Assembly: GCA_038823825.1 (NCBI GenBank)
Contig: JAWBCC010000001.1
Location: 90,001 to 122,000, forward strand
Length of the DNA stretch: 32,000 nucleotides
Direction of reading: 5' to 3'
From: Candidatus Hadarchaeales archaeon
GTDB taxonomy: Archaea > Hadarchaeota > Hadarchaeia > Hadarchaeales > Hadarchaeaceae
Part shown: in pieces, positions 1 to 9,693 of the stretch
Numbering within the stretch: position 1 is the first letter of the stretch
Layout: every line of letters starts with the position of its first letter
Notes under the pieces: model-generated
The model's database searches: none
What the model saw: only the letters and a program-made list of their open reading frames with translations
Told to the model about the DNA's origin: nothing
Program-made: the position numbers and the translations under genes

Positions 1-49
1 TAAGCTTTACTTTTAAGGGTGAAAAATAGAATGCACAGGAGGAATTGAC

Positions 50-1543
50 ATGTCACATGAAGTGATCATCACCTCAGACAGATCTCTCATGTCGGAGTAT
101 GGATACTCGATCTTTGTAGGATTTGCAGCTTGTGCTCCAAAGCTCATTTCAGACTTTCTCTATAAGTTGTTTCTTAGTCCACCAGTTGGAAATCATAACG
201 GAATAGCGGAAGCGGCGCCCTGCGGCACTAGAAAGATGGAAGCGGCTCTGCTAGAGGCTGGCATAGATGTTGTTGTGGCTCATCCGGACCATCTGGACAA
301 TGTGATAGACAAAAACACGAAGGTCGTAGGAATCACCACCAATGATCCACGCGGTTTAGGTCCAGCTTCCACTACTTTCAGCAGTCTTACGAGGAAAAGG
401 ACGTTTTCTGCGATCTTTTTCGAGAAAACAGTGAAAAAAATCAGAGAAGTGGCAAAACGCAGAGGTAATACTTCGCTCAAGATAATCGCTGGGGGTCCGG
501 GCGCTTGGCAGTTGGCAGATGAGAAAATTTTAGAAAGTTATGGAATAGATTGTGTGCTTGTCGGAGAAGGAGAAATAACGGGTGTGGAAATTTTCAAGAA
601 GGCTCTTAAGGGAGAACCTTTGCCGAAAATTGTTTACGGCGAAACAGTCCCTGTAGAGAAAATCCCTTCCATAAAACATAGAACAATAAGCGGTTTGGTT
701 GAAATTGCAAGAGGCTGTGGTAGAGGCTGCAAATTCTGTGTTCCTAATCTCAGAATTTTCAGGTGTCGACCCATCGAGAAGATAATGGAAGAGGTAGAGG
801 TGAACCTGCGTGAAGGAGCACACGAGATACTCCTACATGCAGAGGATGTTCTTAGATATGGGGCTCAAGGACCAATACCAGACGAAAGCAAGGTTCTAGA
901 ACTTTTCGGCAAAGTATTAGAAAAAACTTCAAAGATATCCATATCCCATTTTGCATTTGCTTCGGTTGTCTCCAAGCCAGATTTGATTCCAAAACTCACA
1001 CAACTTCTGGACTCGAAAACGGATGCTAAATTCTATTCGGGACAGGTGGGCATTGAGACGGGATCACCTAGGTTAATGGAGAAGCACATGTTTGGAAAGG
1101 TTCTTCCTTTCAAGCCTGAACAGTGGCCAGAGATCGTCATTGAAGCGCACAAAATTTTGGCCGACCACCGATGGGTACCATGTTCGACCTTGATTTCAGG
1201 TTTACCAGGAGAAACCGCAGAAGACATACGCAAAACGATCGAGCTTGTCCAGAATCTAAGAGAATACCGGTCGCTTATAGTTCCACTTTTTTTCGTACCT
1301 CTAGGTGGACTGGAAGGAGGAAAGTTTTTCTCAAAAGAAGACATGCTACCTGAGCATTGGATGCTGATGGCCGAATGCATAAAACACGATTTCAAGTGGG
1401 TTGATGATCTTGCGAAAGATTATCTTTCAGATCCTTTCCAAAGATTTTTTGTTCGACAGATAGTTTTTAGGATATTCCGCAGGGTCTTAAAAAAGCCGAT
1501 CAAGTTGATGGAGGAAGGGATAGATCCCACCACCGCTGGTTAA
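50..1543 (+). CDS. B12-binding-domain radical SAM protein, function unknown
   Basis: 497 aa ORF; CxxxCxxC cluster motif (ARGCGRGCKFC), preceding cobalamin-binding-like domain (KIIAGGPGAWQL...DCVLVGEGE), IETGSPRLMEK and LISGLPGET segments; AGGAGG Shine-Dalgarno at 37-42 before ATG at 50. Confidence 0.88.
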   Translation: MSHEVIITSDRSLMSEYGYSIFVGFAACAPKLISDFLYKLFLSPPVGNHNGIAEAAPCGTRKMEAALLEAGIDVVVAHPDHLDNVIDKNTKVVGITTNDPRGLGPASTTFSSLTRKRTFSAIFFEKTVKKIREVAKRRGNTSLKIIAGGPGAWQLADEKILESYGIDCVLVGEGEITGVEIFKKALKGEPLPKIVYGETVPVEKIPSIKHRTISGLVEIARGCGRGCKFCVPNLRIFRCRPIEKIMEEVEVNLREGAHEILLHAEDVLRYGAQGPIPDESKVLELFGKVLEKTSKISISHFAFASVVSKPDLIPKLTQLLDSKTDAKFYSGQVGIETGSPRLMEKHMFGKVLPFKPEQWPEIVIEAHKILADHRWVPCSTLISGLPGETAEDIRKTIELVQNLREYRSLIVPLFFVPLGGLEGGKFFSKEDMLPEHWMLMAECIKHDFKWVDDLAKDYLSDPFQRFFVRQIVFRIFRRVLKKPIKLMEEGIDPTTAG

Positions 1544-1546
1544 TCG

Positions 1547-2566
1547 CTAACCTAAAACGACTGGTTTCCTTCCTAAAAACTCCGCTGCGGTTAAAACTTT
1601 CACACCTTTTCGTTCTCCGGTTTTCCAAACTTCTGCCGTTTTTTCTTTAAATTTCGGTTCTCTCAGCAAGTGGTGATCGTATATCAAGATTTCAAGATTG
1701 CTTGCCTCTTCCAGTATCCTTTCCGCGTTTTTCACGGCTCTTTTTAGGTTGGATTTTGCCACCAAGTATCCGAGCATGTAGGTGGATGGTCCATCAAGAA
1801 TCAATATATTCGGGTTTTGATCAATTATCCATTCTGCATAATTCTCGATAACGGGCCCATTTAAGTCAGAAGAATGAATTAGTTTTTCTTTACCATGTTT
1901 TACGATCGTAGAGAAAATCCAACCTATCTTAGAGAATTCGACACCATGGAAAAAAGGTTCGGACATTTGCAACTTGGTTCTACCGAATGTAAAAGTTTTC
2001 CCTTCAGGAAATTTCAAGCTTCCATTTTTAAAAGAAAGTTCTGGGATTCTTTCCCAAGTTTTCCACTTTTCCGATAAATTTTTAAACCATTTGAGTCCCT
2101 TTTCGAAGGTTTCTTTGCTTAAATTGCGAGAAAGCTCCTTTATAGCGTCTTCATATTCCTCCTTCTCTTCAATCTCGATGGTTTTCAGCTTTTGCTTTCC
2201 TATGCTCCGGCAATAATGCTGAAAGAAAGTTTCTGCCCTTTTTCTTTGAGACTCATTTATGAATTCGTTTGGATTTTTTGCAAAAACAATTTTGTGTTCA
2301 TAAAGTTGTTTATCAAAATCCACAAAGTGATCATAGTGATAGTGAGAAATAACCACGACATTCGCGGACTTTGCAGATTTCCGAATCGAAAGTTTTGCCT
2401 TAGCCAGCCAGTAAAGCTTTTTTACGAGATTGGCTGGAAACGATGGTTGCATAATGGCTGCTCCAGGATCAATTAGGATTCGCACATCTTTTGTCCAAAC
2501 TAAAACACATGAAGATTTTACACCCAAGCTATCAAACCATATAGGTCTAAAACTAATGTGTTTCAT
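1547..2566 (-). CDS. MBL-fold metallohydrolase, probably UPF0282 type
   Basis: 339 aa; VVISHYHYDHFVDFD metal-binding motif, ILILDGPSTYMLGY and YDHHLLREPKF segments. Confidence 0.8.
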   Translation of the reverse strand: MKHISFRPIWFDSLGVKSSCVLVWTKDVRILIDPGAAIMQPSFPANLVKKLYWLAKAKLSIRKSAKSANVVVISHYHYDHFVDFDKQLYEHKIVFAKNPNEFINESQRKRAETFFQHYCRSIGKQKLKTIEIEEKEEYEDAIKELSRNLSKETFEKGLKWFKNLSEKWKTWERIPELSFKNGSLKFPEGKTFTFGRTKLQMSEPFFHGVEFSKIGWIFSTIVKHGKEKLIHSSDLNGPVIENYAEWIIDQNPNILILDGPSTYMLGYLVAKSNLKRAVKNAERILEEASNLEILIYDHHLLREPKFKEKTAEVWKTGERKGVKVLTAAEFLGRKPVVLG

Positions 2567-3155
2567 GCTTCCTCCAGTACTCCAAAATTTTTTGCACGAT
2601 TTCTTTTGTTTTCTTTTTTAAATCCTCAAAATCCCCCACGTTTTCGACAATGATCAGCGGAAGAAACTCGGAGATTTTGTCATGGTCGTCTTCTTCGTAT
2701 GTTTTTCTCATTTCTTCCTCTGGAACGAGATGAATTTCGGTTTCCATTCCACTTCTTTTGAGATTTCTTTTCAGACAGATATCGAAAGGCACCTTAACAT
2801 AAATTGCCAAACTTTTTTCCAGAATCTTTTTGTCAAAGTTTTTTAAGGCTCTTTCATAACTCTTTCTCGCAAACTCAACAAAGACAAGTCTTCCGGGCTC
2901 CTGGAGTTTTTCCACGGTCTTCGCGAGCTCTTTTGCCATGTCATCCCAAACGCTTTCATCTGTAACCTTAAAGCCTCCAGGAGTAGGCTTGTGTCTTTTG
3001 AACTCTTTGTCCTCCTCGAAGATTTTCAAAAGAATCGGAAAGTCGTTTATTTTTACAATTTCTGCGTCAACTCCTGAAGAGGCCAACTCTTCCCTAAGCA
3101 TCTTGAAGATCGTCGTTTTCCCGCTCCCAGGTCGACCTAAGAGAAAGATATTCAT
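2553..3155 (-). CDS. P-loop nucleoside/nucleotide-kinase-like ATPase
   Basis: Walker A FLLGRPGSGKTT at N-terminus, kinase-like fold (VFVEFARKSYERAL...). ORF track gives the start as 3164; the internal ATG giving MNIFLLGRPGSGKTT is the likelier start. Overlaps the MBL gene by 14 bp. Confidence 0.7.
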   Translation of the reverse strand: MNIFLLGRPGSGKTTIFKMLREELASSGVDAEIVKINDFPILLKIFEEDKEFKRHKPTPGGFKVTDESVWDDMAKELAKTVEKLQEPGRLVFVEFARKSYERALKNFDKKILEKSLAIYVKVPFDICLKRNLKRSGMETEIHLVPEEEMRKTYEEDDHDKISEFLPLIIVENVGDFEDLKKKTKEIVQKILEYWRKHETH

Positions 3156-3225
3156 ACAATACACCCTTTAATTCTCTCGATGTAGTAAGCTTTTATGTTG
3201 TGTTTCTCATCAAAAGGTGAAGGAG

Positions 3226-4422
3226 ATGAGGGTAGCTCTAGCATACAGCGGCGGTCTAGACACAACGGTCTGCATAAAGCTTCTCCAAGAAAAATGGAAT
3301 GCGGAGGTCATAACGGTTTGTGTAGATGTGGGCCAGAGTCCAGAGGACCTCCGGCAGGCAGCAGAAAGGGCGGAAAAACTAGGGGTGTTAAAACACGTTC
3401 ATATCGATGCGAAGGACGAGTTCATAGAAAAATATGTTTTTCAAAGCGTGAAAGCCAATGGAAATTACGAGGGATATCCGCTTTCGACGGCCCTGGCTCG
3501 ATATCCGATAGCAGCAAAGGTAGTTGAAGTCGCAAAGAAAGAAGGCGCAGATGCTGTAGCTCACGGATGTACAGGAAAAGGCAACGACCAGTTCAGATTT
3601 GACATAACATTTTCTCTACTCGCTCCAGAGCTGAAAATAATTGCTCCAATCAGAGAACTGAACTTAGATAGACAGAAAGAAATCGAATATGCGATAAAAA
3701 ACAAGATCCCCGTCTCTGTCAAAAAGAAAAAACCTTACAGCATTGATGAGAATCTCTGGGGTAGATCAATTGAAGGAGGCATTCTGGAGAACCCGGCCGA
3801 ACCTCCTCCCGATGAAATATACGCTCTGACGGTATCTCCGGAGAAGGTCAAGAAAAAGCGCAGGATTATTTCTATAAACTTTGAGAACGGAGTTCCGGTA
3901 GGACTTGATGGTAAGAAAATGAAGGGAGTAGCGCTGGTCAATGCGTTAAATAAATTAGCTGGTTCGTATGGGATTGGCAGGATAGAATTAATCGAAGACA
4001 GAATTCTAGGTCTAAAGGCAAGGGAGAACTATGAGGCTCCCGCCGCAACGGTAATCTTGCAAGCTCACAAAGCCCTAGAACAATTTGTTCTGACGAAACA
4101 GGAATTTTTCTTCAAGCAAACGGTTGACAAGCTTTGGTCTGATTTGGTTTATAGCGGTTTCTGGTTCGATCCATTGAAGCAGGACTTGGATGCCTTTATA
4201 GATAAAACACAAGAAAAAGTAACTGGGAAAGTTAAAGTAGAGTTGAATGCAGGCTTTTCGAGAGTGGTGGGTAGAGAATCGCCATATTCTCTTTATGAGG
4301 AGGATCTTGTGTCTTTCGAAAAATTCGGTTTTGATCAGCGAGAAGCGGCATCTGTGATCAAATTCTTCAGTCTACAATCTATGATTGCCGGAAGGAGGAG
4401 AAAAGTTGCTCCGCAAAGGTAG
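3226..4422 (+). CDS. argG: argininosuccinate synthase
   Basis: LAYSGGLDTTVCIKLL, HGCTGKGNDQFRFD and SPYSLYEEDLVSFE motifs; ATG at 3226 with GGTGA upstream is preferred over GTG 3217. Confidence 0.97.
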   Translation: MRVALAYSGGLDTTVCIKLLQEKWNAEVITVCVDVGQSPEDLRQAAERAEKLGVLKHVHIDAKDEFIEKYVFQSVKANGNYEGYPLSTALARYPIAAKVVEVAKKEGADAVAHGCTGKGNDQFRFDITFSLLAPELKIIAPIRELNLDRQKEIEYAIKNKIPVSVKKKKPYSIDENLWGRSIEGGILENPAEPPPDEIYALTVSPEKVKKKRRIISINFENGVPVGLDGKKMKGVALVNALNKLAGSYGIGRIELIEDRILGLKARENYEAPAATVILQAHKALEQFVLTKQEFFFKQTVDKLWSDLVYSGFWFDPLKQDLDAFIDKTQEKVTGKVKVELNAGFSRVVGRESPYSLYEEDLVSFEKFGFDQREAASVIKFFSLQSMIAGRRRKVAPQR

Positions 4423-5884
4423 ATTTGAAAAAGAAATGGATAAGCGCATTGCAAAATATACAAGTTCACTAGAAGAGGATATCCGGATTTTTAGACAAGT
4501 TGTGAAAATAAACATCGCACATGTTTTGATGCTTCTCAAAATGAAAATAATTTCCGCCAAAGAGGCATCAAAAATTTTATCAGCTTTACTAGAACTGTTT
4601 GAAATTTCACCATCTAAGTTGCGACTTCGTCCAGAATTTGAAGACATACATATGGTGGTGGAAGATTTTGTAATTAAAAAAGTTGGAGACATAGGCGGAA
4701 AAATTCATATAGCAAAAAGCCGAAATGATCAAGTTGTTGCGGCACTCAGATTACAGATCAAAGAAGAAATTTTGGACATCGCGAGAAAGCTGCTCGATTT
4801 AATTCAAGTATTCAATCAAAAAGCCGATGAAACCGCAGAAATTGTAATGCCGGGCTACACGCATCTCCAAGTCGGAGAACCAACGACTTTCGGGCATTAT
4901 CTTCTCTCGTATGTTCAGATGTTTTGGAGAGATTTGGAGAGATTCTTGCAGGCATATGACAGAGTTAATTCGAGTCCAATGGGGTCCTGTTCATTTGCCG
5001 GGACGAGTTTCAATATAGACAGAAAAATTGTTGCAGAACTTTTAGGCTTTGAAAGAATCGATAAGAATACCATGGATGCTGTGAGTTCTCGCGATTGGTT
5101 ACTTGAATCCATGACCGCTTCTGCGATATTGATGACAAACTTGAGCAGACTTTCCGAAGACATGATTATCTGGTCTTCTCTGGAGTTCGGCTTTGTGGAT
5201 TTTCCGGAAGAATTTAGCTCAACTAGCAGCATAATGCCACAGAAAAAGAACCCAATAGTTTTCGAAGTGGTTAGAGCAAAAGCTGCCGAGACAATAGGTC
5301 TCCTTTCTGGAGCTATGTCGCTTGTGAAGGGTCTTCCCCAATCTTACAATTTGGATCTTCAAGAATTGACACCATTGCTCTGGAGATCTTTTGATGAAAC
5401 AAAACACGCGATTGAGGTAGTTTCGCTAGCTGTCAGAGAAATACGGGTCAATGAGGAGAGAATGAAACATTCGATGGAAAAAGGTTTCGCTACCATCGTT
5501 GAGCTAGCGAACGAACTTGTTCGTTCTTATGGTCTAAGCTTCAGGCAGGCGCATGCAGTTGCTGGAAGAGTCGTTTTAAATGCCATAAAGGATGGAAAGA
5601 CTATCGAAAAAATAAATGTAAGTGATGTGGCAAGGGCCTCGTCAGAGATACTCGGCAGAAAGATCGAGATATCCGAGAGCGTTCTGAAGAAAATTTTGGA
5701 TCCAACCAGTGCAATAAAGTCAAGAAACATAGAGGGAGGACCGTCTCCGAACAGAATAAAAGAAGAGGTGCTGAGATTGCAAAAAGAAATCGATGCGTTG
5801 ACTAGAAAATTAACGAGTGAAAAAGAAAAACTGGAGGTAGTGGAAAAGAAGTTAATCAAGATGGCTAAGGAGGTTTGCAGATGA
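4406..5884 (+). CDS. argH: argininosuccinate lyase
   Basis: DIHMVVE, GGKIHIAKSRNDQV, MPGYTHLQ and SSIMPQKKNP motifs; TTG at 4406 preceded by GGAGG (4394-4398) is a better start than TTG 4385. Confidence 0.95.
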   Translation: MLRKGRFEKEMDKRIAKYTSSLEEDIRIFRQVVKINIAHVLMLLKMKIISAKEASKILSALLELFEISPSKLRLRPEFEDIHMVVEDFVIKKVGDIGGKIHIAKSRNDQVVAALRLQIKEEILDIARKLLDLIQVFNQKADETAEIVMPGYTHLQVGEPTTFGHYLLSYVQMFWRDLERFLQAYDRVNSSPMGSCSFAGTSFNIDRKIVAELLGFERIDKNTMDAVSSRDWLLESMTASAILMTNLSRLSEDMIIWSSLEFGFVDFPEEFSSTSSIMPQKKNPIVFEVVRAKAAETIGLLSGAMSLVKGLPQSYNLDLQELTPLLWRSFDETKHAIEVVSLAVREIRVNEERMKHSMEKGFATIVELANELVRSYGLSFRQAHAVAGRVVLNAIKDGKTIEKINVSDVARASSEILGRKIEISESVLKKILDPTSAIKSRNIEGGPSPNRIKEEVLRLQKEIDALTRKLTSEKEKLEVVEKKLIKMAKEVCR

Positions 5885-6909
5885 AAATAAGAGCAGCTAT
5901 CGTTGGAGTTTCTGGTTATACGGGCGGAGAGTTGCTCAGACTTCTTTTTAACCACCCAAATGTGGAGATTGCCCATATCTGCGGGGCAAAAAGCGCCGGT
6001 AAAACCTTGAAGGATTATCAACCTCATTTAGTGGGTTTACTGGATTGGGAGATAGAAGAACCAGATTACAGAAGGTTGGGAGAATCGGTAGACGTTGTTT
6101 TCTTTTCAACTCCCCATGGTGTCGCGATGAAACATGCGCCAGAAGTTCTGAAAGGCGGAGCGAAAGTAGTCGATCTAAGTGCCGACTATAGATTAAAGGA
6201 TTTGTCAATTTTTGAAAAATACTACGGAAAGCATGAGAGTCCGGAGATAAAAGGAGTTTATGGACTTCCAGAAATTCATAGAGAAGAAATTAAAAATTCG
6301 AGACTTGTTGCAAATCCGGGATGTTACTCTACCGTGGTTATATTGGCTCTCGCCCCTCTCGTAAAAGAAAACTTGATTGACACAGATCACATAGTCGTTG
6401 ACGCCTTGTCCGGAAGTTCGGGTGCCGGAGCCTCTCCTACCGAGTTTACTCATCATCCGACTACTGCTTCGAATGTTAAACCATATTCTGTCTGTAATCA
6501 TAGGCATCTTCCAGAAATCGAGCAGGAGCTTAGTGAGCTGGCCGGAAAGAAAGTGAACGTTTTTTTCACACCACATTTGATTCCAATTACTAGAGGGATA
6601 TTGATGACAGCGCATGTCTTCTTCCGCGAGCATGTTTTCTCTGAAGACATTCGAGAAGTTTATCTGGATTTTTACAATGGAGAACCCTTCGTCAGGCTAC
6701 GTGAAAAAATCCCTGAGCTCAATTACGTTGTCGGATCAAACTTCTGCGATATTGGCTTTGAAATTTCCAGCGACGGCAAATGGGGCGTGGTGGTTTCTGT
6801 AATCGATAATTTGATCAAGGGCGCCTCCGGTCAAGCCATACAGAACATGAACATAATGTTTGGAATTGATGAGAAGACCGGCCTCAGTATACCTCCCCTG
6901 CGACCCTAA
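5881..6909 (+). CDS. argC: N-acetyl-gamma-glutamyl-phosphate reductase
   Basis: VGVSGYTGGELLRLL, ANPGCYST and GSSGAGASPTEFTHH motifs; ATG 5881 overlaps the argH TGA (ATGA). Confidence 0.96.
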   Translation: MKIRAAIVGVSGYTGGELLRLLFNHPNVEIAHICGAKSAGKTLKDYQPHLVGLLDWEIEEPDYRRLGESVDVVFFSTPHGVAMKHAPEVLKGGAKVVDLSADYRLKDLSIFEKYYGKHESPEIKGVYGLPEIHREEIKNSRLVANPGCYSTVVILALAPLVKENLIDTDHIVVDALSGSSGAGASPTEFTHHPTTASNVKPYSVCNHRHLPEIEQELSELAGKKVNVFFTPHLIPITRGILMTAHVFFREHVFSEDIREVYLDFYNGEPFVRLREKIPELNYVVGSNFCDIGFEISSDGKWGVVVSVIDNLIKGASGQAIQNMNIMFGIDEKTGLSIPPLRP

Positions 6910-6921
6910 TGGGAGGAGCTT

Positions 6922-8157
6922 TTGATGATTACTCTAATAGAGGGTGGAATAACAACAGTTCCTGGATTCCTGACCGCGGGTGTTAGAGCCGGAATAAAGA
7001 GGAGAGGTTTGGATCTAATGTTGATATATTCTAAAGATGGCCCAGTTCCTGCAGCCGGAGCTTTTACAACAAATAAAATAAAAGGAGCAGCAGTCATCCT
7101 GAGCCAGAAACACATAAAAAATGGAAGAATTGGTGCAATCGTTTGCAACTCCGGAATTGCGAATGTGTTTACCGGTAAGCGAGGTCTAAAGGATGCAGAA
7201 AGAATGGCCGAGTTGACCGCCAATCTGCTAAATTTAAAGAAAAAGGAAGTTGTTGTGGCATCCACCGGTATAATCGGAGTATACCTCCCGATCAAGAAAA
7301 TAGAAAAAGGAATAAGACTGGCGGTCAGAGAATTATCGGATTCTAGGGAAGCCAGCTTGAATGCGGCTAAAGCAATAATGACAACTGATACTTTTCCAAA
7401 GGAGGCAGCTGCGAAAGTGGAGTTGGAAGATGGTACAATTGTCACCATTGCAGGTATAGCCAAAGGTGCGGGAATGATTTGTCCAAAGATGAAATGTGCA
7501 ACAATGTTATCGTTCATCGTGACGGATGCAAAAATAACACAAGAAGCTTTGCGCACCGCTCTTGCCCAAGCTGTTGATAAAACCTTTAACATGTTGAACA
7601 TAGATGGAGAGACCAGCACGAGTGATATGGTGATCGTCATGGCGAACGGTCGAGCAGGAAATCGGGAAATAACGTCAGATAAAATAGACAGAAACTTCCA
7701 GAGCGGGCTAGAATGCGTAATGGGTGAGTTGGCTTGGATGATCGCTAGAGATGGGGAGGGTGCAACAAAAGTTCTCCAAGTTCATGTCATTAACGCTAAA
7801 ACTGCGGAGGAAGCAAAAAAAGCGGCAAAAACGATTGTCGGTTCAAATCTCGTAAAATCAGCCATGTTCGGAAGAGATCCAAACTGGGGTAGGGTGATCG
7901 CAGCTCTAGGTTACTCGGGAGTTTCTTTTAACCCGCGCAAGCTATCGCTTGAGTTTGAAAGTGAAAGGGGAAGGGTTCTACTTGTCAAAGGGGAAAATCC
8001 ACCAACGAAAAAGCTTCTGATGCGTACGAGGGATATTCTGAGAAGCAAAGAAATAGAAATAAGGGTTAATTTGGGAGTGGGTAAAGAATGCGCGACTGCT
8101 TTGGGATGTGATTTGACGTACGATTATGTGAGAATCAACTCAAGATACACGACATAA
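6922..8157 (+). CDS. argJ: bifunctional glutamate N-acetyltransferase/ornithine acetyltransferase (ArgJ)
   Basis: VVASTGIIGVYLPI, GIAKGAGMI...ATMLSFIVTDA (autoproteolytic A|T region), GRDPNWGRVIAALGYSG. Confidence 0.95.
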   Translation: MMITLIEGGITTVPGFLTAGVRAGIKRRGLDLMLIYSKDGPVPAAGAFTTNKIKGAAVILSQKHIKNGRIGAIVCNSGIANVFTGKRGLKDAERMAELTANLLNLKKKEVVVASTGIIGVYLPIKKIEKGIRLAVRELSDSREASLNAAKAIMTTDTFPKEAAAKVELEDGTIVTIAGIAKGAGMICPKMKCATMLSFIVTDAKITQEALRTALAQAVDKTFNMLNIDGETSTSDMVIVMANGRAGNREITSDKIDRNFQSGLECVMGELAWMIARDGEGATKVLQVHVINAKTAEEAKKAAKTIVGSNLVKSAMFGRDPNWGRVIAALGYSGVSFNPRKLSLEFESERGRVLLVKGENPPTKKLLMRTRDILRSKEIEIRVNLGVGKECATALGCDLTYDYVRINSRYTT

Positions 8158-8730
8158 CTCCGTAAAAATTTTCGATATTTTCGGCAAAAGAGAAAGAACT
8201 GCAGCCTTGGTGGCTAGCTCGGCTGATATTCTATCGTCTCCGAAGCCAACTATTATTGCATCACCTTCTTCAGGTCTAGAAATCGCAAGAATCGCATCAG
8301 CCTCTTTTCTGACCTCAATTCCGTCGGGAAATCTGAGTTTTCCCTTTTTGAAAACCAACACGGTAGCGCCTTTTCCCCCGATTTGTACTGCAGCATCTCT
8401 TTGCTCCATTCCCGAGGTTACGCGAACACTTCCACCAGGAACCTTGGAAATCATACTAATCTTGCCAAGCGAAAGATATCTTAATTTTATCTCCGAGATT
8501 GTTGGTAATTCGTCTAGAAGTTTTTTCCCTCTCTCGCTCAGACAACTTCCACCCCTTGCGGAAAGAACGAGTCCCAGTTTATTTAATCTCTCCAAAATAG
8601 TTCTAACGCTTCCTTCTCCTAGCTTCATGATTTTGGCGAGTTGCCCGCGCCCGATTCGTTTATGTTTGCCTATCAGCTCAAGAGCCATCCAAAGATGCGG
8701 CGGCGAGAAACGAGGAAGAGGACCTCCCAA
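8140..8730 (-). CDS. small winged-helix-like protein, DUF4443-like; candidate transcriptional regulator
   Basis: 196 aa; N-terminal HTH-like segment (IGRGQLAKIMKLGEGSVRTILERLNKLGLV) plus C-terminal glycine-rich domain (GDAIIVGFGDDRISAELATKAAVLSLL). Start uncertain (TTG in track). Confidence 0.65.
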   Translation of the reverse strand: MGGPLPRFSPPHLWMALELIGKHKRIGRGQLAKIMKLGEGSVRTILERLNKLGLVLSARGGSCLSERGKKLLDELPTISEIKLRYLSLGKISMISKVPGGSVRVTSGMEQRDAAVQIGGKGATVLVFKKGKLRFPDGIEVRKEADAILAISRPEEGDAIIVGFGDDRISAELATKAAVLSLLPKISKIFTELCRVS

Positions 8731-8745
8731 GGATAGTTCTCCTCC

Positions 8746-9693
8746 TCAAGTGATTAAAAATTTCAGCAAGGCTTTTTGTGCGTGCAACCGATTTTCAGCC
8801 TGGTCAAAAACAACAGATTTTGGCCCATCGATTACTTCTGGATCTACTTCTTCTCCCCTGTGTGCTGGTAAACAGTGCATGAAAATCGCATCAGGTTCTG
8901 CAAATGACATGAGTTCTTCTGTGACTTTGAAACCGGAAAAATCCCTCATTCTTTTCTCTTTTTCTTTCTCTTGCCCCATTGAAACAAAAACGTCAGTGTA
9001 AACGACTTCCGCGCCGATCAAAGCAGTTCTTGGATCATTCAAAATTTCGATTTTACTCCCACTTTTTGAGGCGAATTCTTTGGCTTTCTTTACGATTTCT
9101 ACAGGTGGTTCATAACCTTTTGGTGTAGCCACGCTAATGTTCATTCCAGTCATCCCGCAAGCGATAAGCAATGAATTGCAAACATTGTTTCCATCTCCAA
9201 TCCAGGCGAGCTTAACTCCTTTCAACTTTCCTTTTTTCTCATATATCGTCAAAAGATCCGCAAGCGCCTGACAGGGATGTTCAAGTGGGCTGAGCGCATT
9301 TATGACCGGAACATCGCTATATTTTGCAAACTCAACAAGCGTCTCATGTGCAGATACTCGAGCAATTATTCCATGAACATATCTGCTCAGAGTTTTAGCA
9401 GTGTCGAAGATTGTCTCCCCTCTAGAAAGCTGCATTTCTTGGGTACCAAGAAAAATTACGTTTCCTCCAAGTTCTCGAATTCCAACTTCAAAAGAAACCC
9501 TCGTTCTTGTTGAGGGTTTCTCGAAAATCATAGCAATTGTTTTTCCAGCTAAATCTTTTCTTACTTTCCCTCTTTCGATTTTCATCTTCCTAGCTTCTTT
9601 CAAAAGTTTGAAAAGTTCGGCAGGGCTTATGTCTGACATTACTATGAAGTCTCTCTTCAAGCTTTCATCCCCCGAGAAGCTGATCAAGTGCAT
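8746..9693 (-). CDS. argF: ornithine carbamoyltransferase
   Basis: FEKPSTRTRVSFEVG, HPCQALADLLT and MHCLPAHRGEEV motifs; ATG at 9693 preferred over TTG at 9699. Confidence 0.96.
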   Translation of the reverse strand: MHLISFSGDESLKRDFIVMSDISPAELFKLLKEARKMKIERGKVRKDLAGKTIAMIFEKPSTRTRVSFEVGIRELGGNVIFLGTQEMQLSRGETIFDTAKTLSRYVHGIIARVSAHETLVEFAKYSDVPVINALSPLEHPCQALADLLTIYEKKGKLKGVKLAWIGDGNNVCNSLLIACGMTGMNISVATPKGYEPPVEIVKKAKEFASKSGSKIEILNDPRTALIGAEVVYTDVFVSMGQEKEKEKRMRDFSGFKVTEELMSFAEPDAIFMHCLPAHRGEEVDPEVIDGPKSVVFDQAENRLHAQKALLKFLIT

